From positions 190,032,001 through 190,096,000 of the forward strand of contig NC_058368.1 of NCBI RefSeq assembly GCF_018350175.1: 64,000 bases of DNA, given 5' to 3'. This document shows positions 25,652 to 38,078 of this stretch, one piece after another; positions within the stretch are counted from its first letter, which is position 1, and each line of letters starts with the position of its first letter. Made by a program: the position numbers and the translations under genes. A model generated the notes under the pieces. That model saw only the letters and a program-made list of their open reading frames with translations. It ran no database searches and had not been told where the DNA came from. The DNA comes from Felis catus (taxonomy: Eukaryota).

Positions 25652-25818
25652 TTTTACCGATCCTTGAACATCCGGATTGCCCTTGTGGGCTTGGAAGTAT
25701 GGACTCATGGGAATATGTGTGAAGTTTCGGAGAACCCCTACTCTACTCTCTGGTCATTTCTCAGTTGGAGGCGCAAGCTGCTCACCCAGAAGAACCACGA
25801 CAATGCACAGTTAATCAC
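25652..25818 (+). CDS. ADAM19: ADAM19 exon 9
   Basis: ttcAG|ttt..ac|GTgagt; 167 nt; FYRSLNIRIALVGLEVWTHG...HDNAQLIT. Confidence 0.97.
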
Positions 25819-25875
25819 GTGAGTAGCCCTTTTCCATATAGGTTGCCTCAGCCCCGGCTGCACCCCCTGCCTTCG

Positions 25876-25899
25876 GTGTGTGTGTGTGTGTGTGTGTGT
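25876..25899. repeat. (GT)12 microsatellite
   Basis: pure GT run just 3' of ADAM19 exon 9. Confidence 0.95.
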
Positions 25900-26818
25900 A
25901 TGCTGTCTGCCCTCCCCCTCCCCCCAGTGCTGAGTACTGGGAATACTGGCCATTTTGCATCTCTGGTCCAGATAATTACTTATTTCTCATACCTGTGCTC
26001 TGCCCCCAGCACACCCAGCAAAATATTAAAACCCTGAGAGGCATAACAACCCCAAGAAGTGTTTACAATCTAGATGAAAAAAATTAGATTTACACATATT
26101 CAGTTGAACATTAGAACCGATTGGGTGTGTATTTGGGACTCTCATTGGCTGCTCTCAAACAGACTTTCTAAGGGACTCACTGTGGTCTTCTTGGTGCTTT
26201 GTTTCCGTACGCATACTAATCTCCCAAAGCAGTAGCAGGAGGGAGCCTTCCTTAGGTCGTCCTACACTTTGTTCCCAGGGGCCCAGGGCTGACAGCCTGA
26301 ACTCATGCAAGTGGCAGACAGTGCAGGAGCTGTGCGATTGGTGGGAGGGAGACATTGGGGTGGGGTGGGGGAGTTGTGTCGGAATATCTTCAATCCCCAA
26401 AAGAATAGAACCTGTACAGGGGTCGTGGTGATACCTGATGTCCCCCAGGGGGTGATTATCCGGTATTTTTAGTGTTGGCATCCAAAGGTATTCTGACACC
26501 ATTATAACAAAAGGCACATACATAATAAAACTATTTTCCTTTTGTTCCCTAAAAAATCTCTCTGAATCAACAATCATTTAAACATTTGTTCACTCTTTAA
26601 AAGAAATGGAGAAATAACTACCAAAAATCTGGACTCTGGTTATTCACAATGATACATTCACCTAGGAAGTTTTTGGGTTTTGCCTGAATTTTGGAAGCCT
26701 GATGTCCTGCTTTGGGAAAGATCTTGAATCCAGTAGGACTTCCTTAGAGCTATGTCTAAGTTTATAAAATAACCTGTGGGGCTTCATATCAATTTGCATG
26801 TATTTTATGTATTCTTTT

Positions 26819-27232
26819 CTTATAATATTTTTAATTTTTAATTTTTTTAAGTTTATTTATTTATTGTAAGAGAGAGACAGAAAGAAGGAGAGAGAGAGGG
26901 AGACAGAGGATTCAAAGCAGGCTTTGCTCTGACAGCAGAGAGCCCAATGTGGGGCTTGAACTCACAAACAGTGAGGTCATGACCTGAGCTGAAATGGGAT
27001 GCTCAACTGACTGAGCCACCAAGGCACCCCTCTTTAATTTTGCTTAATGTGTATTTATTTTGAGAGAGAGAGTGGCGGGAGGGGTAGAGAGAGGGAGAGA
27101 GAGAATCCCAAGCAGGCTTCATGCTGTCAGGTCAAAGCCCAAGTTGGGGCTCGATCCCACAAACCATGGGATCATGACCTGAGCCAAGACCAAGAGTGGG
27201 ATGCTCAACCAACTGAGACACCCAGGCGCCCC
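26819..27232 (-). mobile_element. Nested/tandem pair of Can-SINEs
   Basis: Two SINE bodies ending at ~27030 and 27232; one outer 18 bp TSD tattttatgtattctttt at 26801-26818 and 27233-27250. Confidence 0.9.
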
Positions 27233-28191
27233 TATTTTATGTATTCTTTTGCAGATTGTTTCTCTGAAGAAGAATTTGGCTTCAATACAGCAGACATTTA
27301 TTAAGTACACCCTATGTGTCAGATTCTATGCTAAGTTCTGGTGACCCCAAAATAAATAAGGCCATCTTGGCTCTCAAAGATATCATGGTCTAGATGAGAA
27401 GACAAACATGACAATATGAAAGTACCACATAATGAATTTCTCTGTAGACCTTTAAATAAATTACATATTTATAGCATGCATGAGAATACCAGTGTTTTAT
27501 TCATCCCTTCTCCCCTGCCCTGGATGGATACAGCCGAGAGAGGGATGTATTGAACTGGGGGAATGTAGCTGGCTGTTGGAAGATTAGGATCACAAATTGC
27601 AAAACAAAGGCAGAAACAGCTCATCTTTGCACCCAGCTGCACTTTGTGAGGCTCCTGATGGGACACATCTGTTTCCTTGGCTCGAAGTGATGTGGAAATG
27701 AAGCATCAGCCCCCACAGCTGCTGCCCAATCCCCCCACCCTACCCCCATGTGCATACCACAGAGCTGGGGATATGGCACAGGACCTGGCAGCTGGCGGAA
27801 GTGGTCATGAGTCACTTCAGCATCAGAACCTGTGCCACTCTTCCCTCAACCCCTCCCTCTGACCTTTTCCTCTGCAGCAGGAATGGGATGCAGCTTTACA
27901 AGACCTGCCCATTTCCTTCCAGGGAATGGGGCTCTGGGCATATTTGTGGGAAAGGACCTTTTGCTCTTTCCACTTCTCTGGAGCAGTAAGAGAATAGGTG
28001 AGAGGAAGCGAGAGGTGTGGTGACCTGGAAGTTGTCCAGTTGGCTTAGAATACCAGGATCTCTCTCCTTGGGAGTGATCTGGAGATGTCAGCAGGGCCAA
28101 GGAACAACCGTGATGGCCACCTGCTCCTGGGCACAGTGGAACAGCCCTCTCAACTCCCATCTGAATGGCCTTCTCTTGTTCCCTCGTCCAG

Positions 28192-28276
28192 GGGTATGTC
28201 CTTCCATGGCACCACCATTGGGCTGGCCCCCCTCATGGCCATGTGCTCCGTGTACCAGTCTGGAGGAGTCAACATG
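28192..28276 (+). CDS. ADAM19: ADAM19 exon 10
   Basis: tccAG|g..atg|GTgagt; 85 nt; GMSFHGTTIGLAPLMAMCSVYQSGGVNM. Confidence 0.97.
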
Positions 28277-28414
28277 GTGAGTTGATCAACCAATATATTG
28301 ATGCTGCAGAAGGCAGAAAACTGCCTCATAGGATAGGAGGTCATCTTGTGAAAAAAAATTTATATTTATTATTTCAGGAAAAACAGTTGATCAAGTAGAG
28401 CAGTTACTTAAAAA

Positions 28415-28625
28415 TTTTTTTAAAATGTTTTATTTATTTTTGAGAGAAAGAGAGAGACAAACTATGAGCAGGGGAGGGGGAGAGAGAGACACACAGAATC
28501 CGAAGCAGGCTCCAGGCTCTGAGCTGTCAGCATAGAGCCTGACACGGGACTCAAACTCATGAACTGTGAGATCATGACCTGAGCCAAAGTCGGATGCTTA
28601 ACTGACTGAGCCACCTAGGTGCCCC
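28415..28625 (-). mobile_element. Felid-type Can-SINE
   Basis: tttatttattttgagag...agcaggctccaggctctgagctgtcagc...aggtgcccc. Confidence 0.92.
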
Positions 28626-28699
28626 TAGTAAGGCAATTGTTTAAAATGAAGTCATTAAGTTCTAAGAGATGGAGGTACCCAAGGATGAATTTTCATTTA

Positions 28700-28900
28700 C
28701 TTATTTTTTTTAGTCAATTTTTTATTAGAGTGAGAGTGGGGTGTGAGTGGTGGAAGGGAACAGAGGGAGAGAGAGAACCCCAAGCAGGCTCCACACTGTC
28801 AGCAGAGCCTGCATGAGGCTTGATCTCACAACCCTGAGATCATAACCTCAGGTGAAATCAAGGGTCAGATGTTTAACCAACTGAGCCACCCTTGTGCCCC
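28700..28900 (-). mobile_element. Can-SINE
   Basis: 14 bp TSD tgaattttcattta at 28686-28699 and 28901-28914. Confidence 0.9.
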
Positions 28901-29402
28901 TGAATTTTCATTTATTATACTTTATCCCCAATTTTCAAACTCAAGAAAACCCTGTAAGTGATTATGTTACATCTAGTGATGTCACTAGATCCCTCATGTG
29001 TTCCAAACCAGGGGCTGGAGAATAGTAAGATAATAGAGATAAATATTATTTATCCTAGGTCTTGTGTTTTTATGCATATCATTATGAAACAAGAGCTTGT
29101 CTCAAAGTCCTGGTTAGGAAATTACTGCCTTCTTTTGAAATTCCCTCTGGCTTTGTGGGACTGTTTTGAATATTCACTTCTAACCTGTGGGGAGTTTGTC
29201 CACCCATCTGTTTGTCCACCCCTTTATCCATCCCGTATTTATACACAGATGTAGCATGACAGTTAAAAGCACAGGCTTTCATAACCAAGCTTGTTTGTGC
29301 TGATCATGGCATCAGTGGAGAGCTTTGAGGCCCGGCTAAGAAAAGACAGGAATAGGGAGTAAGGAGAGCTGTCTTCTTGACCTGAACTCTCCCCTTGGGC
29401 AG

Positions 29403-29542
29403 GACCACTCTGAGAATGCCATTGGCGTGGCTGCCACCATGGCCCACGAGATGGGCCACAACTTCGGCATGAGCCATGATTCTGCGGATTGCTGCTCGGC
29501 CAGCGCAGCTGATGGCGGGTGCATCATGGCAGCTGCCACTGG
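29403..29542 (+). CDS. ADAM19: ADAM19 exon 11 (catalytic zinc motif and Met-turn)
   Basis: ggcAG|gac..gg|GTgagt; 140 nt; [12 protein letters not shown] at 29445-29480 (HExxHxxGxxH) followed by CIM. Confidence 0.98.
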
Positions 29543-30520
29543 GTGAGTCAAGCAGCAAGGTGAGGAGAGCAAGAGCGTGTGAGGATGGTACAACCCAAGT
29601 GTTCCTCCCAGTTGGCCCTAAGAGCCTCTGTTATACCTCTTGTGGGGGCCTTGGAGAGAAGTGCGGTTGACAACAAAGAACTTGGAAGAGAACCAGGAAA
29701 GTAAATGTGTGCAAGGAGCACTAGGTCTGTAGCAGGTGATTTGGTGCTGGTGAAACCGTAGACAGACTTCATTTCTGTCTTAGGGTCTTTAGCTGTAAAA
29801 TTGGCTCGACCACATGTGTCTTTTTCACTTCATGAATTTTTGAAGAGGACCCATTTTGAACAGCCCCAAAACTTAAGTCCCTCTGTCCCAAGGGAATTTG
29901 GGCAGTGGTGACTGAAAGTTCTGAGGTAGCCTCCACAACAAGAGAAAGGAAGGGGAGCATCCATGCCCACATAATGACTCCTCAGGGAATTTACAGACTG
30001 CATGTACCGTGAGGAAGAAGAACAAGCCAGCTCTGTCTCCCTGTATTTTACAGTGAAGGATTTTTTTAACCCAAGCCTTTGAGAGAGAATTCTGGTAGCA
30101 GCCACAACTCTTAGTCACAACTCTTAATATTTAGTATCTGGGCTCATACAGTGGAGAGCACTGGGTTCTTCTAAGACCTGAGTCACTCTTTGGAAGGCAT
30201 CATGATGGGAGTTTGTGTTCCCTGTACCCCAAACCATTAGAGCCTGCTTGTGCTTCTTAGAGAACGGTGTTCCAGTGTCTCCAAGAGGAAATGCAGTTTT
30301 CTTGGAGTTTCATTGCCAGTGTTTGTCCATCACTTCTTAGCTGTGACATACAAAGGATGATGGTGACATGCAGGATACAACTCCATGGGTCATGCTCAAA
30401 TCCCTAAGAGCTCATGGTTAAGTTTATCCCTTTCTCAATCTAAAAAGCATATTTGTAGTCATATGGTTGAGAGTTATACTAATTATGACTCTAATTCATT
30501 TTTAAACTATGTGCAAATAT

Positions 30521-30563
30521 ACTACTAAAGTAGTTTAAAAACTACTAAAGTAGTTTAAAAACT
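30521..30563. repeat. Perfect 20 bp tandem duplication
   Basis: actactaaagtagtttaaaa x2 plus act. Confidence 0.95.
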
Positions 30564-31296
30564 GTTGGCAACAAATTCCTTGTGACACAGCTGACAACTG
30601 AAGGGGACCCTCCACTGTTTAACTTTTAATTGGTTTGGAGAATTAGATAACTCTTCCTTTAGACTCACATTGCGGTACTGACCTGCCACTAGAGAATATA
30701 TGACTTCTGATTCTTTTTTTCCAATAGCAGGACTCAGAACCTTTCATGATCTTGTGATAAAAACTATCCATTTGTGAACTGGCTGGTTGAGTTTGGAGTG
30801 TTGCCCTGCATCCTTAGAATAGAGGTCATCAGATCACTGACCTAATGAAGAAATCTAACCCATGATCTTGGCCTTTTTTGGTTTGGTCTTCCATCCCAAG
30901 AAAATCTCCGTTTAATATCAGCTTTAGGAAAAATTTGAGTTGGCTAGTATTTTATTCAGCTCTAAGGCTCAGACCTATTGTAACATATTCATAACCCTTT
31001 ATTTACTTCAACCCCTTCCTACAAAGGGCAGAAATCGCTGCTTCTGATTCTCAAATACCTCCTCCATGCACAGTGAGGGGGAAAAAAAAGAACATTATGG
31101 GGTGGTTAATATTTCTTAATGCTTAGAAAAAATTGTAAGATAATGTATCAGTGATGTTCTGAGGGAACAGAATGCATGTAGGGGACTATAGGGGTCTGAG
31201 TCTAGGTGGAATCAACCTTATGGGCAGCAGGATTAACACTGTTCTGGCTGCTTGATGCCCAGATTCCCAACTAACTCCACCCTTATTCTCTGCCAG

Positions 31297-31474
31297 GCAC
31301 CCCTTTCCAAGAGTGTTCAATAGATGCAACAGGAAGGAGCTGGACAGGTATCTACAGTCAGGCGGTGGGATGTGTCTCTCCAATATGCCAGACACCAGGA
31401 CGCTGTATGGAGGCCGGAGGTGTGGGAATGGGTACCTGGAAGATGGGGAAGAATGTGACTGTGGGGAGGAAGAG
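31297..31474 (+). CDS. ADAM19: ADAM19 exon 12 (protease end, disintegrin start)
   Basis: gccAG|g..gag|GTaagg; 178 nt; HPFPRVFNRC...CGNGYLEDGEECDCGEEE. Confidence 0.97.
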
Positions 31475-33936
31475 GTAAGGTGTCTTTGTAGTGCTAGTGG
31501 GAAGGGAAGAATGTGCATTGGTTTTAAATCTTAAAGCCAAAGAGAATGCAACTGAATACTTCTTAGTCATAGGCATCTCCCACATACACATGGCTATCAA
31601 AGACCCCATCACAAATAAGATGTGGAGAGTAAGCTTTCAATAGGGACTATTTATGTAGACTCTCTCAGTTTGAGGTTGGCACTGTTGGTGTCCAAGTCAG
31701 GGTGGAGTTCTTCCTGTGAGAGTGTGGTCTAACCAAAACCCATAATCTCCCCAGTAGAGTTACAGATGGAACCCTTGGTCCTCCAGCTGCACTGAATTTC
31801 TTCTGGAGACCACATAGCTGGATATATGAACTTGAACCTGGGCCTTGAGGTTGCTTAAAATAACAAGCTTGCACTTGCTAAATGCTCATTATGTACTGCG
31901 TATCCTGAAGAAGAGGTAATTGAAAGGAGATGTAGGAAGTACCGTTAGGTCTGGAAAGGGCTGCTAGGAGGAAGAAGGAACAGAACTGTTTGTGTATGGG
32001 CTCTTTCCTTCCTTCTGATCTTCCAGATGAGTCGGGGGCATGCAGCATAGCTCTATCATTTTTGGCAGATGTGTGTTGTTCTGCAAAAAGCAGAACTGGA
32101 TAGTTTCATGTCTATTTTCTGAAGGATGAAATATGTACGTTAACATATGCAAAACAGTAAAGTGTGGAGGGGAGACTGAGGGTGTGTGTAAGACTATTTG
32201 ATTTTATAGCCTTCTCTGTGGTTTGATTTTTGTTCTTAACGTCAGCACGTAACTTTCATAATAAATCAAGAATTAGTTAAAGGCTCTGCCACTCTCACCA
32301 CCATAGTTCAAAGAGATCAGTCCAGACCCATCAGAAAGGAGGGAGTTGCCCCTCTCCATCATCATGGAGTGTGCTCAGCCACTTGGCTTATGTTCAGAGC
32401 AGCTGCTTATTCAGCAAATATTTACTGAGTGTGGGATACTATGTTGGGTGCTAGGGATAGGATGGATAGCAAAAATAGATGTGGTTCCTGTCCTTGTGGA
32501 ACACATCGTCTATTGGAGGAAACACACACTGACCAAATAATTGTGAAAGTGTATGAGTACAATCCGTGCTAAAGGCTTAGGAGGGCCAATGCCATTGTGC
32601 TGTGAGCACTTGCAGTATGAGAGGAGCTGCCCTACTCAGGTAGGAGTGTGACTTCTGACTCCATATCTGAAGGCCCAGTTAGGAGTTACTAAGGAGCACA
32701 AGGAGAGAAGGCACATTTCAGCTAGAGGAGGTAGCATGCCCTGAAGCGGGAGAAGCACAGTCTGCCTGGGGCCCAGGATGGTAGGAGGTTAATGGAAGGA
32801 AAGTGTCCTTATTCCTTCTCCTAGGGAAACAAGCAGATGAGCATCATAGCCAAGCATGGGATGCATGTCTCCGACATGCTACACCTGGACCATTATGGTT
32901 ATGATATGGTTCATAAGCATGGGACAAGCCCCAGGCAGACATGGCTTGAATTCAGCTTCACCACTTGCCGGGTGTGTGCCCTGACCAGCCATAGGACCTG
33001 TCTGAGCTGCATTTCCCCGTCTATGAATTGGGAGCAATCCTTCCTCACAAGGCTGTGATGGACCTGTGCATGTGGAGCCTGGCACATTGTCAAGAAATGG
33101 TTTAGAATAGGCCTGTGAACATAGTAGGAGTGGGATAAGGACACTTAGAGTCATTGGGGTGTCTCATCATCTTTTTAAGTCTCATGTTATACATCAGCAA
33201 ATCAGGACCCATAAGGCAAGAAGGAAGAGAGGAGAACATGGAACCCCTGGAGACCTTCTTTCCCAGAAAGATCTGGGCCAGTGCGGGCTGAGGAAGAGCT
33301 GCAGATAGTGAGAGAAGTCTGAGGAAGCAGGCCCCAGGACTGACATAAACTGTGTTCGGAAGTTGTTCCCGCATGCCCTTGCTTTTGATGGCCATTTTTT
33401 AAATGAGATTAAAGCCGCTGGGAATGTGTGGGGACCCAGAGGGCAGCAATAGAAGACAGGGTCTCTGACTGTTCTATTGGGGATGAGAAAAATCTCAGTA
33501 TTCCTATGTAGTATAAGTTTATGCTACAAATCATGTTTTTGAAGATTATAGGATTTCAGGAAGAAATGTACATATTGTATTACGTTAAAAAGCAGTATGG
33601 ATACTAGGATTTTGCAAAATAAGTATATATCTATATATGTGAAAGGGAAAAGGCCTGGGTAAATATTCACACTCAAAATGTAGTTGTGTCTGAGTTGTGA
33701 TGTTATTGATGATTATGCATTTGCGTATTTTCTGTGATCAGTATACGTTGCCTTCATGATAAACTTATAAAGTGAAATTATTGGTAAAGACTTTCTGGGG
33801 AGCTTGGGCCCCAGGGGCATATGGGGGAAGGGTGAGGAAATGTGGGAGGTGGGTGAGAGGCCTCACCGCACCCTGACCCCTGTCTCCCTGCCCTGCTGCC
33901 CCCGAGGTTCACGGCCACTCCCCCTTGCCTCCTTAG

Positions 33937-34026
33937 GAATGTAACAACCCTTGCTGCAATGCCTCTAATTGCACCCTGAGAGAAGGCGCGGAGTGTGCCC
34001 ACGGTGCCTGCTGTCACCAGTGTAAG
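33937..34026 (+). CDS. ADAM19: ADAM19 exon 13 (disintegrin)
   Basis: cttAG|gaa..aag|GTagga; 90 nt; [30 protein letters not shown]. Confidence 0.97.
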
Positions 34027-34272
34027 GTAGGAGGCCCTCCCCACTGCCCCCTGCCCGGGGTTCTGACCGGACAGCCCATTGCTCTGCTGGGAGCTGGTGG
34101 CCAGAATTCAGCCTCCATGGTGGGGAAATGATGGCATCAAAGTTTCAGAAACATGGAGCTGGGATGCCACTTGGTCCAAGTTTACCATTTCCTGTGCCAT
34201 GCCTCACTGGGTTCAAATCAGCTCAGAGGGCTGTACCACCTGGAAGATGTTTCTTCTAAAAATAAGTGTCCA

Positions 34273-34460
34273 GGGGTGTCTGGGTGGCTCAGTTGGTTAA
34301 GTGTCTGACCCTTGATTTCAGCTCAGGTCATGATCTCTCAGTTGGTGAGATCGAGCCCTGGCTCAAGCTCTGCACTGGCAGTGTGGAGCCTGCTTGGGAT
34401 TGTCTATCTCCCTCTCTCTCTGTGCCTCTCTCTCTCAAAATAAATAAACTTAAGAAAAAA
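34273..34460 (+). mobile_element. Can-SINE
   Basis: ggggtgtctgggtggctcagttggttaag...(CT)n aaaataaataaac A tail. Confidence 0.9.
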
Positions 34461-35898
34461 GACACACTTAAAGTGAATATTTATAATGTCGCAGAAATAT
34501 TAATGTGTTTGGTTATAAAGTATAACCCCAGGCCCTGCTGGGGGTTATATAATATACATATGTAATGAAAGCATGTATATACATATACATACATGTGTAT
34601 GTACATATGTGTTATGTCTGCTTTCTGAAATCTGAGGAGTCTGAGCCCATCTGGCCCCAAAGTTTTGACTAGGAATTGTGGACTTAATGTTTCCACTTAC
34701 CACTTGCTAAGTGCTCATTATGTGCTAGATGCTGTTCAAGTGCTCTGTTTGAATGCATTCATTCTAACAATCCCATGAGAAAGTTATTATCCCCATTTAC
34801 TCTGTCCTAGCCCAGAGAGGTTAAGTAGCTGCCCCAGGTCCCACTGCTGATTAAGGAGCTGGGATTTGAATCTAGGCAGGCTGGCTCCAGGTGGGTCCTC
34901 TCCATCTCCATCCTGCTCCTTGGTGGTAGAGATTTGTCCTGCGTCTTCCTCCTCCACACACGGCCAGTGCCCACCCTTGCAGCTGAGGCTCCATGCTTTT
35001 GCCAAGCTGCTCAGCTGGGCCCATTCTCTGCCTTCTCTCTCCCCTGCGTGGGGTCGCCTGGAAGTAGGGAGGGCACTATTCTCAGATGAACCTTTCTTTG
35101 CAGGCCTGGGGAAACTCACCATTAGGTTTGACTCTAGAGTAGACCTGGTGTCTCCCCATGGAGGTTGTGCTGGGCGGGGCCCTTTGAGTCTTGGACGTTG
35201 GCCTGAAGAATAAGTATGTATGGACAGTGCCCATTCAGTTTGAGTCTCAGAAAGGATTCTCTGGAGAGAAGCGTGTGCAGAAAGATGAGGCTTAGAGTCT
35301 GAGACCTTCAGTCCAAGCTCTGGTAATGCAATTTGGTGGCAGCCTACTAACCATCTGAGCACCCAGTGGAAGGGAAGCTGAAAAATCCAAAGGGAAGCTG
35401 GAAACTTAGTCTTTACCATTTGCCCAAGGTGTGCTATTGATTGGGTTATTTTATCTTCAGAAAGAGGCAAATAGCAGCTTCTGCCTCATGGATATTGTGA
35501 GGATCACATAGGATAAGTATGTATAACTTAGCCCAGTGCTTGGCTCCATAATGGGGATATATTATTGCTAAAGTGCTTTGTAAATTCAGAGATGTTGTGA
35601 ATACTAGCTTAGTGCGTGTATGTGCATGTGTGGACACACATTTGTGTGTATATATTAGTGGGCCTGGCTCTTCAGTCACTCACTACCCATGAGACTTTTG
35701 ATACATTGCTTAACCTCGTCTGCCTCAGGTTTCATCATCTGTAAAATAGGGATAATTATATCATATTACCTAGGACTCTCATGAAAAGTAAATGAGGGAA
35801 TATTTGTACTGGGCACTTAAACATGGGAGCTCCATAAAAGTAGCTGTTATTAGTAAAGCAGTTTACTTAGTAAACTGTAAGTTGTCGCATATATATGA

Positions 35899-35936
35899 TT
35901 CTTATCTACTTCTTTTTTTTTTCTTATCTACTTCTT
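35899..35936 (-). mobile_element. Second poly(A)-only insertion or T-run-associated duplication
   Basis: ttcttatctacttctt at 35899-35914 and 35921-35936 around a T run. Confidence 0.55.
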
Positions 35937-36177
35937 AAAACTTAGAAGAGAAAATGAGCTAGCATTTGTGAAAACACCATGAAAACTCTGAGTCGTTATT
36001 CATATTGTAAGTTTGATGATGATGATTTGAGCTAACGAGGTCATGCAAAATAACGGTCTCTGGAATAATGGAAATGGGGAATTGTGTTCCACAAAAGTGA
36101 TGCTCATGAATCCTTTGCTATAGGGTTGAGGTCCTGTGGGAAATTGACTGTTTTTCCCCTCTCTTTCCTCGATCCAG

Positions 36178-36373
36178 CTGCTGGCCCCTGGGACCCTGTG
36201 CCGTGAACAGGCACGGCAGTGTGATCTCCCAGAATTCTGCACGGGCAAGTCTCCCCAATGCCCCACCAACTTCTACCAGATGGACGGCACTCCCTGCGAG
36301 GGCGGCCAGGCCTACTGCTACAATGGCATGTGCCTCACCTACCAGGAGCAGTGCCAGCAGTTGTGGGGGCCTG
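36178..36373 (+). CDS. ADAM19: ADAM19 exon 14 (disintegrin loop, Cys-rich start)
   Basis: tccAG|ctg..g|GTaagg; 196 nt; LLAPGTLCREQARQCDLPEFCTGKSPQCP...CQQLWGP. Confidence 0.97.
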
Positions 36374-36589
36374 GTAAGGACTCTCCTACAGGGAATGTCC
36401 CTCCTCCTGCCTCACCACTTCCAAGCCAGCCTCCCCCTTCATGCCCTCAGCATAGCTTAGATCCTTGGTTTCAAAATCGCATCTCTAGATACTCCCTTTT
36501 TATTTCCCCTTGACTCAGGGTAGGCTTTCAGAGAGAGACAGTGGACAGTGTTCTTACTAGTTCCTTGATGCTTTAAATTCTCATAGTGG

Positions 36590-37260
36590 GTAAATGCGTA
36601 AGAATAACCCAACAGAAGAATGCGCAGATCATGGAGACAGAAAAGGAAATGCAAATGACCCTTAGCTATGAAAAGATATTTAACCTCACTCATATTAAGC
36701 AGATTATAACTACTATGAAATGAGATTTTTCATATATCAGATTGACAAAGACTGAAAAATTAACATAATTATTTAATTAATCAAATTAATTTAATAATAA
36801 TTATAGGTACCATACAACTGGACCAATCTATTCTGCTACTTAAGAGTATACCCTACACTTCTATTTGCACATGTATGTGAAGATAGGTTTATAAGGATAT
36901 TCACTGCAACATTGTTAGTAATAGCAATAGCAACCTATATATCCTCCGGTAGGGACCAATTAAGTCTGGTACATCCCTGTAGTGGAACCCTGTGCAGCTG
37001 AATGAAAGAAAGAGGCAACTCTATATGTACTGAATAAACCCATTTCGTACAATAGATTAAGTGAAAAAAACACTGCTGCCATTTTTAATTAGATAGATAT
37101 CTCTGGAAGATACACAAGATAGATACAAGATAGAAGATACATTGTTAATTGTGATGGCTTCTCCAGGTTGTGGGGAAGTAGGAGCTGGAATGGCTAGTTA
37201 GAAATATCAAGACATGCTTTATTTCTTTATAATTTTGTGCGTATATTACCTATTTTAAAA
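36590..37260 (+). mobile_element. Old L1 (L1ME-like) fragment
   Basis: aaggaaatgcaaatgac...atgaaaagatatttaacctcactcat...ggatattcactgcaacattgtt; boundaries approximate. Confidence 0.65.
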
Positions 37261-37565
37261 TCTAAAATGGAACAGGGCTTTTTAATTAGACAGTAGGTTT
37301 AGCACACAAACCGCCCACAGGTATACAATCTCAGTAAGGTATAAAGAATTGATATAACATCCTTTTCTATGAGTAGGTCTTGATGAGAAGTTGGGGGTGG
37401 AATAATCTGATGGGGATACAGGAAGAAAAAGCTCAACATTCCCTCCCCACCCAAAAAATGTTCTTAACTTCATGATTTTACCAAGGGCTAGCTTTGTACT
37501 TTAAGGGGCTTCTGACTTCTCCTAAAGTTGGCTAGTGTGCTGATAAATGTTTCTTGCCCACCCAG

Positions 37566-37674
37566 GAGCCCGGCCCGCTCCCGATCTCTGCTTTGAGAAG
37601 GTGAATGTGGCAGGGGACACCTTTGGAAACTGCGGGAAGGACATGAATGGGGAACACAAGAAGTGCAACATGAG
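37566..37674 (+). CDS. ADAM19: ADAM19 exon 15 (Cys-rich)
   Basis: cccAG|ga..ag|GTgatg; 109 nt; ARPAPDLCFEKVNVAGDTFGNCGKDMNGEHKKCNM. Confidence 0.96.
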
Positions 37675-37988
37675 GTGATGACCATAGGGCTGACCCCATA
37701 AGATGAGGAGTGACAGAGCAGTTTCTGTTCTGTCCTCACTCCTGTCCACCTCAGCCACTTGGGTCTTTAAGTAAATTGTCAGAGTCAGACAGCTGTTCCA
37801 GGCCTGTTCTTGGATGATATACCATTCAGCCTAAGGAAGTCAAAGGGAGGGTATCAATGGCAGTGCTTCCTAGAAAGCTGGTCAGACTTCCTTTTGGATC
37901 CTTCTTACAGTTGAGCAGGGAATCAGCTCTCTTGGGTCATTTCTGTGGAATGCTAATTATACCCTCATCTGAATACCCTGTCATTCAT

Positions 37989-38078
37989 TTCCTTCCTTCC
38001 TTCCTTCCTTCCTTCCTTCCTTCCTTCCTTCCACCAACTATCCACCCAATCCTCCATCCATCCATCCATCCATCCATC
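37989..38078. repeat. (TTCC)11 followed by degenerate (CCAT)n
   Basis: direct reading; adjoins an L2-like 3' end. Confidence 0.93.

Noticed and set aside
34787..35470. Longest unexplained ORF (227 aa, - strand)
   Set aside because: Begins and ends in MIR-like sequence, has no domain-like character, and lies antisense within ADAM19 intron 13.
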